This document shows positions 10,150 through 19,994 of a DNA stretch of 64,000 nt, piece by piece. Below the pieces are notes generated by a model, which was not told where the DNA came from, did no database searches, and saw nothing but the letters and a program-made list of their open reading frames with translations. Made by a program: the position numbers and the translations under genes. This stretch comes from an uncultured Chloroflexia bacterium (lineage in GTDB: Bacteria; Chloroflexota; Limnocylindria; Limnocylindrales; CSP1-4): the NCBI GenBank assembly GCA_963746845.1, contig CAVVCZ010000002.1, positions 128,001-192,000 on the forward strand, written 5' to 3'. The stretch's first letter is position 1. Every line of letters begins with the position of its first letter.

Positions 10150-11003
10150 TCAGGGAGCCTTCGGGTCGACGAATCGGCAGCGGTCGCGGATGGGGCAGAG
10201 CTCGTGCTTCGGGCTGCGGGCCTGGCAGATCGCCCGGCCGTGGTGGATCAGCAGGACGTGCGTCTCGTACGACCGATCGGGCGTGTCGGCGAGCATCGCG
10301 AGGAACGCATCGTGGGCGAGGTCCGGCATCGCCTTCGCGGGCAGCAGGCCGATCCGCTTGGACACCCGCTCGACGTGCCGGTCGACCGGCATGAGCGGCT
10401 GGTCGAAGCAGAAGAGGAGCAGGACCGAGGCGGTCTTCTTGCCGATCCCGGGGATCGCGGTCAGCCAGTCGCGGGCGGCGATCGGCGCCATCTCGCCGAG
10501 GAACTCGAGGGAGTAGTCGCCGCGCTCCTCGCGGATCTTGCGCAGGGTCGCCTGGATCCGCGGCGCCTTCTGATTGGCGAGGCCGCCCGGCCGGATGACG
10601 TCGACCAGGTCCTCGATCGGTGCCGCCTCGACGGCGGCCCAGTCCGGCGGCGCGCCGTCCGGCAGCCCGTCGCCGCCCCAGCCGACGCCCGGGCTCGTGA
10701 TGCTCCTCGGCGAGGCCGGACGGGATACGCGGCGCGCAGGGCGACGAAGGCGGTCTCGGCGTTGATGTCGGCGGTGTTCTGGGTGAGGATCGTGAGGATC
10801 AGCTCGGACGTCGGGTCGAGCCGGCGCTGCCAGACCTGCGGTCCGTACAGCTCGGTCAGCCGGTCGAGGGTGTCGTCCAGCAGGTGCGGCCGGTAGCGGG
10901 TCAGCCGGCGCGCCCAGGCAATCGCGGGATCCGGCTTCGCGCGCTTGCGCTTCTTCGGCTTCGCCCGGGGCTTCGTGGACGCCACGGTCCTGGTGGGGCT
11001 CAC
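10150..11003 (-). CDS. nth: Endonuclease III / HhH-GPD DNA glycosylase, frameshift near 10725
   Basis: LILTILTQNT, HhH IPGIGKKTA, PVDRHVERV, Fe-S loop; GTG start overlaps the glycerate kinase stop. Confidence 0.85.
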
Positions 11004-12130
11004 GACCGGGATGATGCGGCAACGAGCTCGCCGGTGGTGACCAGCCTGGCGATCCGCTCGCCGCAGCGCTCGACCGGCGCGGCGCCGGCGGCCATCGCCG
11101 CCTCGACCATTTGCGGGCGCTCCGTGACCGGTACGGTCACGACGTCGACGGCCGCAAGGGCCTCGATCCCTTCCGGCTCGACCCCACCGCCGACCGCGAT
11201 GCAGGCCACGCCGGCCGCCCGGGCCCGGCGGGCGACGCCGAGCGCCGTCTTGCCGAACGCGGTCTGGGCGTCGATCCGCCCCTCGCCGGTGATCACGAGA
11301 TCGGCCCGGGCCAGCTTGGCGTCGAAGCCGGCGGCCTCCATGACGAGGTCCACGCCGGGCCGGAGGCGAAGCGATCGGAACCGGTCCGTCAGGCACAGGA
11401 GGCCGAAGCCCGTCCCACCCGCGGCGCCCGCGCCCGGCGTGTCCCGCTCGCGTCGGCCCGTCGCTCCCTCGAGGCGGTCGGCCCAGGCTTCGAGCCGCTG
11501 ATCCAGCTCGACGACCTGGTCGGGGGTGGCGCCCTTCTGCGGCCCGTAGGTCGCCGCGGCGCCTGTCGGCCCGAGGAGCGGGTTCGTGACGTCGCAGGCG
11601 ATCTCGAGATCCACCTCCGCGAGCCGCCCGTCGAGACCGGACAGGTCGACCTGCGTGCCGTCGTCGCGCGCGCCAAGCGCCTCCAGGATGCCGGCGGCCC
11701 CGTCGGTCGTGGCACTGCCGCCGATCCCGAGGACGATCCGCCGGATGCCACCGGCGACGGCCTTCTCGACGAGCCGACCCGTCCCGCGCGTCGAGGCCGC
11801 GAGGGGATCGTGCGCCCCGGGCGTGACTCGTGACAGGCCCGATGCCTCGGCCAGCTCGATGTACGCGCGCGCTCCGTCGTCCGAGCGAAGCCAACCGGCA
11901 TTGACGTCCGGACCGAGCGGTCCCGCGACGGTCGCCTGGATCCACTCCCACCCGCCGGCGAACGCGATCGCGTGGATCGAGCCCTCGCCACCGTCGCCGA
12001 GCGGCGCGTGCTCGACGACGTCGTCGGGCCGCGCCCGCGACCACCCGGCGGCGAGCGCCCGCGCGACCTCGACCGAGGTCAGCGACCCCTTGAACGAGTC
12101 GGGGGCGAACAGGACCGTGAGCGACCTCAC
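11000..12130 (-). CDS. glxK: Glycerate kinase (GlxK/GarK family)
   Basis: APDSFKGSL, DGGEG, GIGGSATTDG, GPQKGA, GAGAAGG, ITGEGRID. Confidence 0.95.
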   Translation of the reverse strand: MRSLTVLFAPDSFKGSLTSVEVARALAAGWSRARPDDVVEHAPLGDGGEGSIHAIAFAGGWEWIQATVAGPLGPDVNAGWLRSDDGARAYIELAEASGLSRVTPGAHDPLAASTRGTGRLVEKAVAGGIRRIVLGIGGSATTDGAAGILEALGARDDGTQVDLSGLDGRLAEVDLEIACDVTNPLLGPTGAAATYGPQKGATPDQVVELDQRLEAWADRLEGATGRRERDTPGAGAAGGTGFGLLCLTDRFRSLRLRPGVDLVMEAAGFDAKLARADLVITGEGRIDAQTAFGKTALGVARRARAAGVACIAVGGGVEPEGIEALAAVDVVTVPVTERPQMVEAAMAAGAAPVERCGERIARLVTTGELVAASSRS

Positions 12131-12672
12131 GTCCGGAGGTCCTTGTAGAAGTACGTCGTGTCCGAGAGGTCGCCCGCCGCCGTCAGGGCGTGGTTCGGCA
12201 CCTCGCCGAACGGCACCCAGCCGAGGCGTCGGTACAGGCGGTCGGCATCGCTGCCGGTCGTCGTGTCGAGGATCAGGAGCCAGCGGCCGTCGCCTCGGGC
12301 GAGGTCCTCGACGGCGGCCATCAGCCCGGCCCCGATCCCGCGGCGGCGCGCGCGACGATGGACGAGCACCTTGGCGATCTCCGCGCGATGCGCCGAATTC
12401 GGATTCCGGGATGGGACCAACAGGACGCAGCCGACGACCTCGCCGCCGAGATGCGCGACGATCGGCCGGATCACCCCCGACGCCACGTCGCCGGCCCGGC
12501 CGGTCCAGTACGCGGCCGCGTCGGCGACCGCGAAGGGCCGGACGAAGTTGACCGACGCGCCCGAGTCGACCGCGTCGGCAAGGAGCTCGGCGAGGGCCGG
12601 GACGACCGCAGGGAACGCCGCGTCGTCCACGACCTCGTAGCTGACCGCGCCGGCCATCGGGCCGGCCATCAC
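12127..12672 (-). CDS. GNAT acetyltransferase
   Basis: HRAEIAKVLVHRRARRRGIG acetyl-CoA motif; LLILDT; LYRRLGW. Confidence 0.92.
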   Translation of the reverse strand: MMAGPMAGAVSYEVVDDAAFPAVVPALAELLADAVDSGASVNFVRPFAVADAAAYWTGRAGDVASGVIRPIVAHLGGEVVGCVLLVPSRNPNSAHRAEIAKVLVHRRARRRGIGAGLMAAVEDLARGDGRWLLILDTTTGSDADRLYRRLGWVPFGEVPNHALTAAGDLSDTTYFYKDLRT

Positions 12673-14651
12673 CGCCCGACGGGTTCGAGCGCCTCGGCTC
12701 CGAGGCCGAGGCCGCCGTGGCCGCCCGCGCCGTTCGATCCGTCGTGCGCCCGCCGCCGCTCCAGGTACTCGGGGATCCGGATCATCGGCGGCCGCTCCTG
12801 GTCGGCCAGCTCGATGACCTCGAGCGACAGCCGGCCGCGACCCGATCGCGGCAGCTTCATCGTCGAGCCGAGCTCCGCGAACAGCCGCGCCTTGCGCCGC
12901 TCCTCCAGCCGCTTCATCACCGCCTGGAGGATCACGAAGGACATCCGCGACAGCCCCTCCAGCTCCTGGTTGCGGTGGACTCGCCGCTCCAGATCGACCT
13001 GGCCCAGGCCCTCGATCCCGACCCGCTCCGCCGCGTCGATCAGGTGTCCGATCTCGACCGCGTAGCCGGTGAAGAACGGGATGCTCTCCAGCAGCGCGCG
13101 GCGCCCCGCGTACTCGCCGGACAGCGGCTGGATCATCCCCGACAGCTCCGGAAAGAACAGGTTGATGAGCGGCCGCGCGACCAGCTCGGTGACCCGGCCG
13201 CCGCCGCCCTCCTTGAGCACGCCCCCCTCGACGATCGGGCGCTGGTAGTAGCCCTTCACGTACTGGAGACGCGGCTCGTGGAGCAGAGGGCCGAGCGTCC
13301 CGTACACCATCCGCGGGTGCCAGTTCCGGACATCCGTGTCGGCCCAGACGATGATGTCGCCGCTCGTCTCGTGGAGCGACTTCCAGAGCGCCTCGCCCTT
13401 GCCCCGGAAGGACCCATATCGCGACAGCACGTCCGGGTGCTGGATCACCCGCGCGCCCTCGGCCTCCGCGATCTCGCGCGTCCGGTCGGTGGACGCGGAG
13501 TCGATGACGAGGATCTCGTCGACCAGCGGTACGCGGCCCATCATCTCCCGGATCGCGCGGCGGACGATCGGCCCGATCGTCTCCTCCTCGTTGAGCGTCG
13601 GCAGCACCAGCGACACGCTGACGCCCTGCTTCTCCTTGAGCTGGACGAGCCGGCGGAGGTCCGAGAACTCCGCGTGGTGGAAGTTCGACTCGCCGAACCA
13701 GCGCTCGACCCGGATCGGGACGGCGCGAGCCTCCTCGGCGGCGCGGTCGGCCGCGGCAAGGGTCTCGGCACGGGATGCGAGCTGCTCGAAGGTGGCCCGG
13801 CCGATGACCTCGCGGGTCTTGACGACGATCACCGTCGGGCGGGCGCGGGTCGCGATCGCCTCCGGCAGTGCGCCGAACAGGTACGGCTCGCCATCCGATC
13901 CGGCCGGCTGGGCGGAAGCGCCCATGACCACGAGGTCCGCGCGCTCCGCCTCGCGGAGGATCGCGTTGCGGACGTTCGCCGCCTCCCGGACGATCCCTTC
14001 GCCGCGGCCCTTCAGGTGCTGGCGGATGAACTGGGCCAGGGCGTGCTCCGCCTGGGCGCGGACGGCCAGCGTGATCCCGGGCGGGACGAAGTGCAGGACG
14101 GCGACCGTCGCGCCCGTTCGCTGGGCGATCGCGTTCGCGTAGCGGACGGCCAATTCGGCGTGGGGGCCGCCCCGGACCGGGACGACGATCCGGCGGATCT
14201 CCTTGCTGCCGCGCTGCTTGACGACGGCGATGTCGGCGGGGGCATCGCGGACCACCTCGTCGATCGTCGGCGAGATGACCGAGCCGCCATCACGACCGGC
14301 AGGCGCCTTTCCGCCCCAGCCGAAGATGATGAGATCCGCCTCCTGCTCCGCGGACGCTTCGATGATCCCCTCGGCCGCATGCCGGCCGATCCGGACGATC
14401 GGGTGGATCGCGGTTCCGTCGGGAGCGAAGTCGAGGACCCGCTGGAGCAGCCGCCGCGCGTGCCGCGCCCGGGTGGCGCCCTCGCTGAGCGGCATGCCCT
14501 CGGGGACCTCGACGATGCCGAGGGCCGTCAGCTCGCCCGCCCGCGGGTCGAGGAGCGCGGCTCCGAGCCGGATCAGCTCCTCCGCTGTCGCGGGGTTGGC
14601 GACCGGGATCAGGATCCGGGCGGGCAGGGGCCCGCGGGCCGCGGCGTTCAT
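12669..14651 (-). CDS. gpgS: Glucosyl-3-phosphoglycerate synthase with two N-terminal universal stress protein domains
   Basis: USP motifs ILIPVANP...ADLIIFGW and IVVPVRGGPH; GT81 motifs LPTLNEEETI, GKGEALW, DTD, GGRVTEL, QPLSGEYA, HRNQ. Confidence 0.88.
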   Translation of the reverse strand: MNAAARGPLPARILIPVANPATAEELIRLGAALLDPRAGELTALGIVEVPEGMPLSEGATRARHARRLLQRVLDFAPDGTAIHPIVRIGRHAAEGIIEASAEQEADLIIFGWGGKAPAGRDGGSVISPTIDEVVRDAPADIAVVKQRGSKEIRRIVVPVRGGPHAELAVRYANAIAQRTGATVAVLHFVPPGITLAVRAQAEHALAQFIRQHLKGRGEGIVREAANVRNAILREAERADLVVMGASAQPAGSDGEPYLFGALPEAIATRARPTVIVVKTREVIGRATFEQLASRAETLAAADRAAEEARAVPIRVERWFGESNFHHAEFSDLRRLVQLKEKQGVSVSLVLPTLNEEETIGPIVRRAIREMMGRVPLVDEILVIDSASTDRTREIAEAEGARVIQHPDVLSRYGSFRGKGEALWKSLHETSGDIIVWADTDVRNWHPRMVYGTLGPLLHEPRLQYVKGYYQRPIVEGGVLKEGGGGRVTELVARPLINLFFPELSGMIQPLSGEYAGRRALLESIPFFTGYAVEIGHLIDAAERVGIEGLGQVDLERRVHRNQELEGLSRMSFVILQAVMKRLEERRKARLFAELGSTMKLPRSGRGRLSLEVIELADQERPPMIRIPEYLERRRAHDGSNGAGGHGGLGLGAEALEPVGR

Positions 14652-16081
14652 CGCCGGCCCGTCGCCCCGGCCGGCGCCGGAGATGCGGCGCCGCCTTCCG
14701 TGCCGTTCGTCGCCGAGGCCTCCTCCCAGCGCTGGACGAGGTACGGCTTGAGCAGCTCGAACTCGCGCGCCTGGCGCTCGACGCGGTCTTCGGCCTGCTC
14801 CGTCGTCTGGTGACGGTTCTCGATCACGAAGCTGCCCACGCGGCCGAAGTAGATCGGGACCAGGGCGGCGACCAGCCCCTCGATCGGCGGATGGTCCGAG
14901 CGAGCGTCGACGACGAGGTCGTAGATCAGTCTCGCCCACAGGTCATCGGGGAAGTGGAAGGCCGACAGCGCCTCCGCCATCTCGGCGGTCGTCGCGGAGG
15001 TCGACGTCCCGTCGCCGGCGATCCCCAACCGCGCCCGCGCCTGGTCGACGAGCGTCCCGGCCTCCGCGGCGAGGACGAAGACGGTGTCGGCGTTCGCCTT
15101 CGCGAACATCCCACGCCACGTGTCGGCGAGGGTCAGCGAGCCGGTGTGGAACTCGGTCAGGAGGCGGAGCGTGTTCACCTCGAGCGGCGGCGGGTCGATG
15201 ATCCGCTCGAACCCGTACGCCGGCACATCGTGGCTGCCGTGGATCGACAGCCAGTTCTCGGGGTGGGTCGCGGCGAGGCGGAGGATCGTCCCGACGACCT
15301 GGCGGAACATCGGGCCGAGATCGGCGCCCGGGTCCTTCGGATCGTGGACCTTCGCCCCGAGCCGGGCCTGACAGACGGCGAACCCGCCGGTCAGCGCCGA
15401 TGTCGTCATCCAGATGTCGATCCCGAACCGGCTGATGTCCTCGGTCCAGTCGTCGAGCTCCAGATAGTGCTTGACGAGGTCGCCACTCACCCCGAAGTCG
15501 CCGCCGATCGGCTGACGGATCCGGTTGCCGTACAAGGCCCGGGTCAACGGGTAGGTGACGGTGTTCGTGATCGTGCCGTCGTACTTGTAGCGGGCGTAGA
15601 GCGGGGCGACGTAGTCGTAGCCGCCCTTGACGATCGGGCCGGCGAGGAGCTCGATCCACTCCGGGATGATCGAGCGCAGGTCGCTGTCGACGACGACGAG
15701 CGCCTGGACCTCCAGCGCCGCGGCGATCTCGAAGATCGTGCGGAGCGCCGCGCCCTTGCCGCCTACGCCGTCGATCTCGGGGTAGGTCAGGCTGACCCGG
15801 GACAGCTTGTTCGTCGGGCGGACGAGAAGGATCTGCTCCACGTAGTCCGGCGGCTCGGTCTCGACGACGACACGGCTCGTGCCATCGGGTGAGCCGGCGT
15901 CGCTGTTGACGAGGACCGGGCGCAGGTCCGGGAAGTACTGGACGAGCCCGGCCTGCGCCGCGCGCACGACGTAGCCGATCGTCGCTGCGTTCTTGAACGA
16001 CGGGATCCCGACCATGATGTCCGCGTGGCCGAGCCTCGCGATCTCGTCGCGGATCGCCGGGGTCAATCCTCGTGTGGGCAC
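14648..16081 (-). CDS. Glycosyltransferase of the glucosylglycerate/mannosylglycerate synthase type (Ggs-like)
   Basis: VGIPSFKNAATI, GKGAAL, DSDLRSI, RYKYDGTITN, RQPIGGDFG, FGIDIWMT, KVHDPKDP. Confidence 0.75.
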   Translation of the reverse strand: MPTRGLTPAIRDEIARLGHADIMVGIPSFKNAATIGYVVRAAQAGLVQYFPDLRPVLVNSDAGSPDGTSRVVVETEPPDYVEQILLVRPTNKLSRVSLTYPEIDGVGGKGAALRTIFEIAAALEVQALVVVDSDLRSIIPEWIELLAGPIVKGGYDYVAPLYARYKYDGTITNTVTYPLTRALYGNRIRQPIGGDFGVSGDLVKHYLELDDWTEDISRFGIDIWMTTSALTGGFAVCQARLGAKVHDPKDPGADLGPMFRQVVGTILRLAATHPENWLSIHGSHDVPAYGFERIIDPPPLEVNTLRLLTEFHTGSLTLADTWRGMFAKANADTVFVLAAEAGTLVDQARARLGIAGDGTSTSATTAEMAEALSAFHFPDDLWARLIYDLVVDARSDHPPIEGLVAALVPIYFGRVGSFVIENRHQTTEQAEDRVERQAREFELLKPYLVQRWEEASATNGTEGGAASPAPAGATGRR

Positions 16082-16181
16082 GTCCGGACCCTACCACCGT
16101 GGGTTCCGCGGCGCGCGTGACGGGCCGTTCGTCGCGCATGGGCGTCGCTGACGCACCCGCGGCGTCAAGGCGCGCAGCCCT

Positions 16182-16880
16182 CTACCTTCTCGGGATCTCG
16201 GCGATGGCCCAGTCCTGGTTCTTCTTCCCCGGGACGTAGCGGCTGTTCGCGGCCTTGAACGCGAGGCGCGTGAAGCCGACCGTGCGCCAGCCGCCGAGCC
16301 ACGCGTCGATCGGCGGCTTCACGAACACGCCGACCCGGACCAGGTGCGACTCCGTGAGCACGGACTCCAGGAGCCTGCGCCGCTCCTGCAGCGGCACGTC
16401 GCAGATCGACTCGTCGTCCAGCCACAGGAGATCGACCGCGACGAGCGCCACCGGGATGAACAGGTTGTCGGCGGTCCGTCGTTCGACCTCCTCGACATGG
16501 TCCGCCAGCTTGTCCTTCCGGTTGCCACGCTCGCCGATGACCATCGCGGTCATCGCGGTCCGCGGTTTCGGCATCATGAGCGCTTCGCGGGCGGCGACAT
16601 CGGCCGGACCCTGGAGCGGCTCGGGAGTGAGGGTCGCCTCGATGAGCAGGCTCGAACCGCCGGCGGCCACGACGAGCTCCGCCCGGATGTCGTCGTGGGC
16701 CTCGACCGGACTGCCTTCGGCGTCGGTCAGCAGCGTCTCCTCGCCGGAGACGTACGCAAGGATCCGCGGACCGGTCCAGAGCGGCTCGATGATCGGGTCG
16801 GCAACGTTCTGCGCGCGGCGGTCCCCGAACAGCTGGGGACGCCACGTCGAGGCGGCGGTCAGGACATCGCTCGCGAGCAT
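16182..16880 (-). CDS. ATP-dependent DNA ligase adenylation-domain-like protein with degenerate active site
   Basis: VAVDLLWLDD...PLQERRRLL and AFKAANSRYVPGK...W match LigD/LigC-like motifs; motif I is EPLWTGPR. Confidence 0.7.
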   Translation of the reverse strand: MLASDVLTAASTWRPQLFGDRRAQNVADPIIEPLWTGPRILAYVSGEETLLTDAEGSPVEAHDDIRAELVVAAGGSSLLIEATLTPEPLQGPADVAAREALMMPKPRTAMTAMVIGERGNRKDKLADHVEEVERRTADNLFIPVALVAVDLLWLDDESICDVPLQERRRLLESVLTESHLVRVGVFVKPPIDAWLGGWRTVGFTRLAFKAANSRYVPGKKNQDWAIAEIPRR

Positions 16881-16937
16881 CGGGCGGCCATGATACGCGG
16901 CCCCATCGCCGGCCTCGCGGCCCTCTATGATCCGCGC

Positions 16938-18329
16938 GTGACGGCGACCGACGTCCCGGTCGATGCGGGCAGCGGTGCCGCGGGCGGTACCCGGATCGGG
17001 CGTGCGCTCGGCGCCCTGACGCCATCGGGTCGGGCATCCGTCCCGGTCAGCTGGGCGCTCTACGACTTCGCGAACACGATCTACAGCTACGCGATCGTGT
17101 CGTACGCGATCGGCCTGTGGGCGGTGGATCGGCTGGGTCCCGCCGACGGCCAGTTCTGGGTCCTGCTGGCCGGCGCGATCAGCGTCCTCCTGAACGCGAT
17201 CGTGTCGCCGGTGCTCGGGGCGATGAGCGACCGGACCGGCGGCCGGATGCGCTACCTCCTGTTCTTCACGGTCATGACGATCATCGGCAGCGCCGCGATC
17301 GGCCTGACGAACTCCGCCGCGATCGGCCTGACGTTGTTCGCGATCGCCAACTTCGGGTACCAGGCAGCGCTGATCTACTACGACGCGACGCTGCCGGTCG
17401 TGTCGCTCCGGGCGTCCCGCGGCCGGGTCTCCGGGATCGGTGTCGCGGTCGGCTACCTTGGCACGATCGTCATCGCCTTGCTGATCCTTGTCCTGGACTC
17501 GAAGGCCGGACCCCTCACGTTCTTCCTCGCGGCCGGGCTGTTCGCCATCTTCGCGGTCCCGATCTTCGCGATCGTCCGCGAGCCCGCGAAGGCGGATCCG
17601 GAGCCGTTCCGGATGCGCGACGTGACCCGCTCGTGGGCCCAGCTCCGCGAATCGATCCGGCACGCGATGGCGGTCCCGGGGCTCGGCCGGTTCCTGCTCG
17701 GCCGGTTCTTCTACACGGACCCGGTCAACACCGTGATCGTCGTGATGAGCGTGTTCGCGACCCAGGCCATCGGGCTCAGCCAGAGCATGGCCAACGTCGT
17801 CCTGCTCGTGCTCACCGTCGTCGCGGTGTTTGCGAGCTTCGGCTGGGGCCAGCTCGTGGAGCGGATCGGGCCGAAGAAGACGCTGCTGATCGTCCTCGGC
17901 ACGTGGTGCGTCGGGCTCGTGGTCGCGGGCGCGGTCCTCAGCCTGCCGACGTTCCTCCTGGGTGGCGCGCTCCTCGGAGCGGGGCTCGGTGGCGTCTGGA
18001 CCTCGGACCGGGTGTTCATGCTCCGGCTGTCACCGCCCGAGCAGGTCGGAGAGTTCTTCGGGCTGTACGGGATCGCCGGCAAGTTCAGCGCCGTGACCGG
18101 GCCGATCCTGTACGGCGTGATCGTGTCCACCCTGCTCGATGCGGGCTGGGGCTCGCTCGCATACCAGGTCGGGATCTTCAGCTTCCTGATCCTGCTCGTG
18201 ATCGGCGTCTGGCTGCTCCGCGGGGTACCCGAGCCGCCGGCCGACCACTGGGACCGCGTTCTCGAGGACCTGCCCGGACCGCCGCCGGAGCGATTGGCGC
18301 CGATGACCGCGCCGACCGCGCCGCGCTGA
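16938..18329 (+). CDS. MFS transporter (UMF1/ATG22-like)
   Basis: SWALYDFANT, YYDATLP, GRVSGIG, EFFGLY; about 12 TM segments. Confidence 0.9.
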   Translation: MTATDVPVDAGSGAAGGTRIGRALGALTPSGRASVPVSWALYDFANTIYSYAIVSYAIGLWAVDRLGPADGQFWVLLAGAISVLLNAIVSPVLGAMSDRTGGRMRYLLFFTVMTIIGSAAIGLTNSAAIGLTLFAIANFGYQAALIYYDATLPVVSLRASRGRVSGIGVAVGYLGTIVIALLILVLDSKAGPLTFFLAAGLFAIFAVPIFAIVREPAKADPEPFRMRDVTRSWAQLRESIRHAMAVPGLGRFLLGRFFYTDPVNTVIVVMSVFATQAIGLSQSMANVVLLVLTVVAVFASFGWGQLVERIGPKKTLLIVLGTWCVGLVVAGAVLSLPTFLLGGALLGAGLGGVWTSDRVFMLRLSPPEQVGEFFGLYGIAGKFSAVTGPILYGVIVSTLLDAGWGSLAYQVGIFSFLILLVIGVWLLRGVPEPPADHWDRVLEDLPGPPPERLAPMTAPTAPR

Positions 18330-18562
18330 TGTCCGGCCAGCGGCCGCCCGGCGTCCGGGTTGAACGCTTCATGCGCTCCCTGCTGCCGTTGGGCGTCGTG
18401 TACGCCGTCCTGGTCGCGATCGAGGTCGGTGCGACCGTGATGGACACGGCAGCGGTGACGGCCCTCCGCGTCATCACCATCCTTGTGCACGCGAGCACGG
18501 CAGTCGTCCTCATCTCGAGCGGGATCCTCTGGCGGCGCGAGCGTCGCGGAGGCGGCGCATAG
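18329..18562 (+). CDS. Small membrane protein (77 aa)
   Basis: ATG overlaps the MFS stop; two hydrophobic segments. Confidence 0.55.
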   Translation: MSGQRPPGVRVERFMRSLLPLGVVYAVLVAIEVGATVMDTAAVTALRVITILVHASTAVVLISSGILWRRERRGGGA

Positions 18563-18574
18563 GCTCGCGCCGGT

Positions 18575-19582
18575 CTAGGAGATCCGCGAACCGGTCGCGG
18601 GATCCAGGTGCCGGCGGCGCCACTCCCAGGCGGAGCCGATCATCTCCTCCAGGGACGGCCGGACCGCCGTCCAGCCCAGCTCGCTCGCGGCCCGGTCGAC
18701 GGCGGCGACGAGCACCGGCGGGTCGCCCGCGCGCCGGGGCCCGGTCGTCACCGGGATCGTCCGACCCACGACCGCCTCGCAGGCAGCCAGCACCGCGCGG
18801 ACGCTGAACCCGCGGCCGATCCCCAGGTTGTACGCCACTGCGGGCGCCGCGCCATCCGCCACCGCCTCGCTCGACGCCTCGAGCGCTCGGAGGTGCGCGT
18901 CGGCGAGGTCCGCGACGTGGATGTAGTCGCGGATGCAGGTCCCGTCGGGCGTCGGATAGTCGGTGCCGAACACGGTGAACGGCGTGTCGGTCTCGGCAGC
19001 CCGAAGGACGTTCGGGATCAGATGCGTCTCGGGGTTGTGGAGCTCGCCGTTCCGCTCGGTCGCGCCGGCGACGTTGAAGTACCGGAGCGAGACGCTCCGC
19101 AGGCCGTACGCCTCGCCGTAGAAGCGGAGCGCGCCCTCGAACCCACGTTTCGTCTCGCCGTACGGATTGATGGGAGCGAGCGGCGCCGTCTCGGGAATGG
19201 GCGTCACGGACGGGACTCCGTACGTCGCGGCGGTCGAGCTGAAGACGATCCGCGCGATGCCCGTCGTGCGCGCGGCGTCGAGGAGCACGAGGCCACCGAC
19301 CACGTTCTCGCGAAAGTATCGGGCGGGGTCACGTACGGACTCGCTGACGAGCGACCGGGCCGCGCAGTGCAGGATGGCATCGACCCGGGCGCGGGCCAGG
19401 AGCCGGGCCATGGCATCGGGGTCGCCGTAGCTGCCGACGTGAAGGGAGGCGACGCCCGGCACCGCCTCGCGGTGACCCGTCGACAGGTCGTCGAGGACGA
19501 CGACCTCGTGGCCCGCCGCGACGAGCCGCTCGACGGAGACGGAGCCGACGTAGCCGGCCCCACCGGTCACGAGGATGCGCAT
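18575..19582 (-). CDS. galE: UDP-glucose 4-epimerase
   Basis: ILVTGGAGYVGS, FSSTAATYG, YGETK, LRYFNVAGA, DGTCIRDYIHV. Confidence 0.95.
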   Translation of the reverse strand: MRILVTGGAGYVGSVSVERLVAAGHEVVVLDDLSTGHREAVPGVASLHVGSYGDPDAMARLLARARVDAILHCAARSLVSESVRDPARYFRENVVGGLVLLDAARTTGIARIVFSSTAATYGVPSVTPIPETAPLAPINPYGETKRGFEGALRFYGEAYGLRSVSLRYFNVAGATERNGELHNPETHLIPNVLRAAETDTPFTVFGTDYPTPDGTCIRDYIHVADLADAHLRALEASSEAVADGAAPAVAYNLGIGRGFSVRAVLAACEAVVGRTIPVTTGPRRAGDPPVLVAAVDRAASELGWTAVRPSLEEMIGSAWEWRRRHLDPATGSRIS

Positions 19583-19616
19583 CCGGACCTCCGGGTCATG
19601 GGCATCGACGGCGCCA

Positions 19617-19994
19617 TCATCGACGACGACGCAGGAGCCGGTCGACCAGCCCGGACGACGCCGTCGCCCCGTCGAGGGCATCCGGCGGCGCGGCCGGGCC
19701 CGGGGCGATGGTGTCGGGCACGTCCGGGAGGCTCTCGCCACGTCCCCGCATGATCTCGGCCATCCGCATCGCGAGGTGGCTCGCCGCCGGGTTGTCCGGA
19801 TCGAGCTCGAGCGCACGTCGCGCCTCGAGGTAGGTTGTCCGCTCGTCGCCGCGCTCGAGCGCCACCCGGGCGAGCCCGACGATTGCGATCGCGTTGTTCG
19901 GGTCCGCGGCGAGCGTCTGACGGTAGAGCCGCTCCGCCTGGTCCAGCAGCCCGACGGCCATCGCCCGCTCGGCCTCGAGCATCATCTCGATCAC
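19617..19994 (-). CDS. TPR-repeat protein
   Basis: AERLYRQTLAADPNNA and ARRALELDPDNPAA TPR patterns; GTG overlaps the upstream stop. Confidence 0.75.
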   Translation of the reverse strand: MIEMMLEAERAMAVGLLDQAERLYRQTLAADPNNAIAIVGLARVALERGDERTTYLEARRALELDPDNPAASHLAMRMAEIMRGRGESLPDVPDTIAPGPAAPPDALDGATASSGLVDRLLRRRR

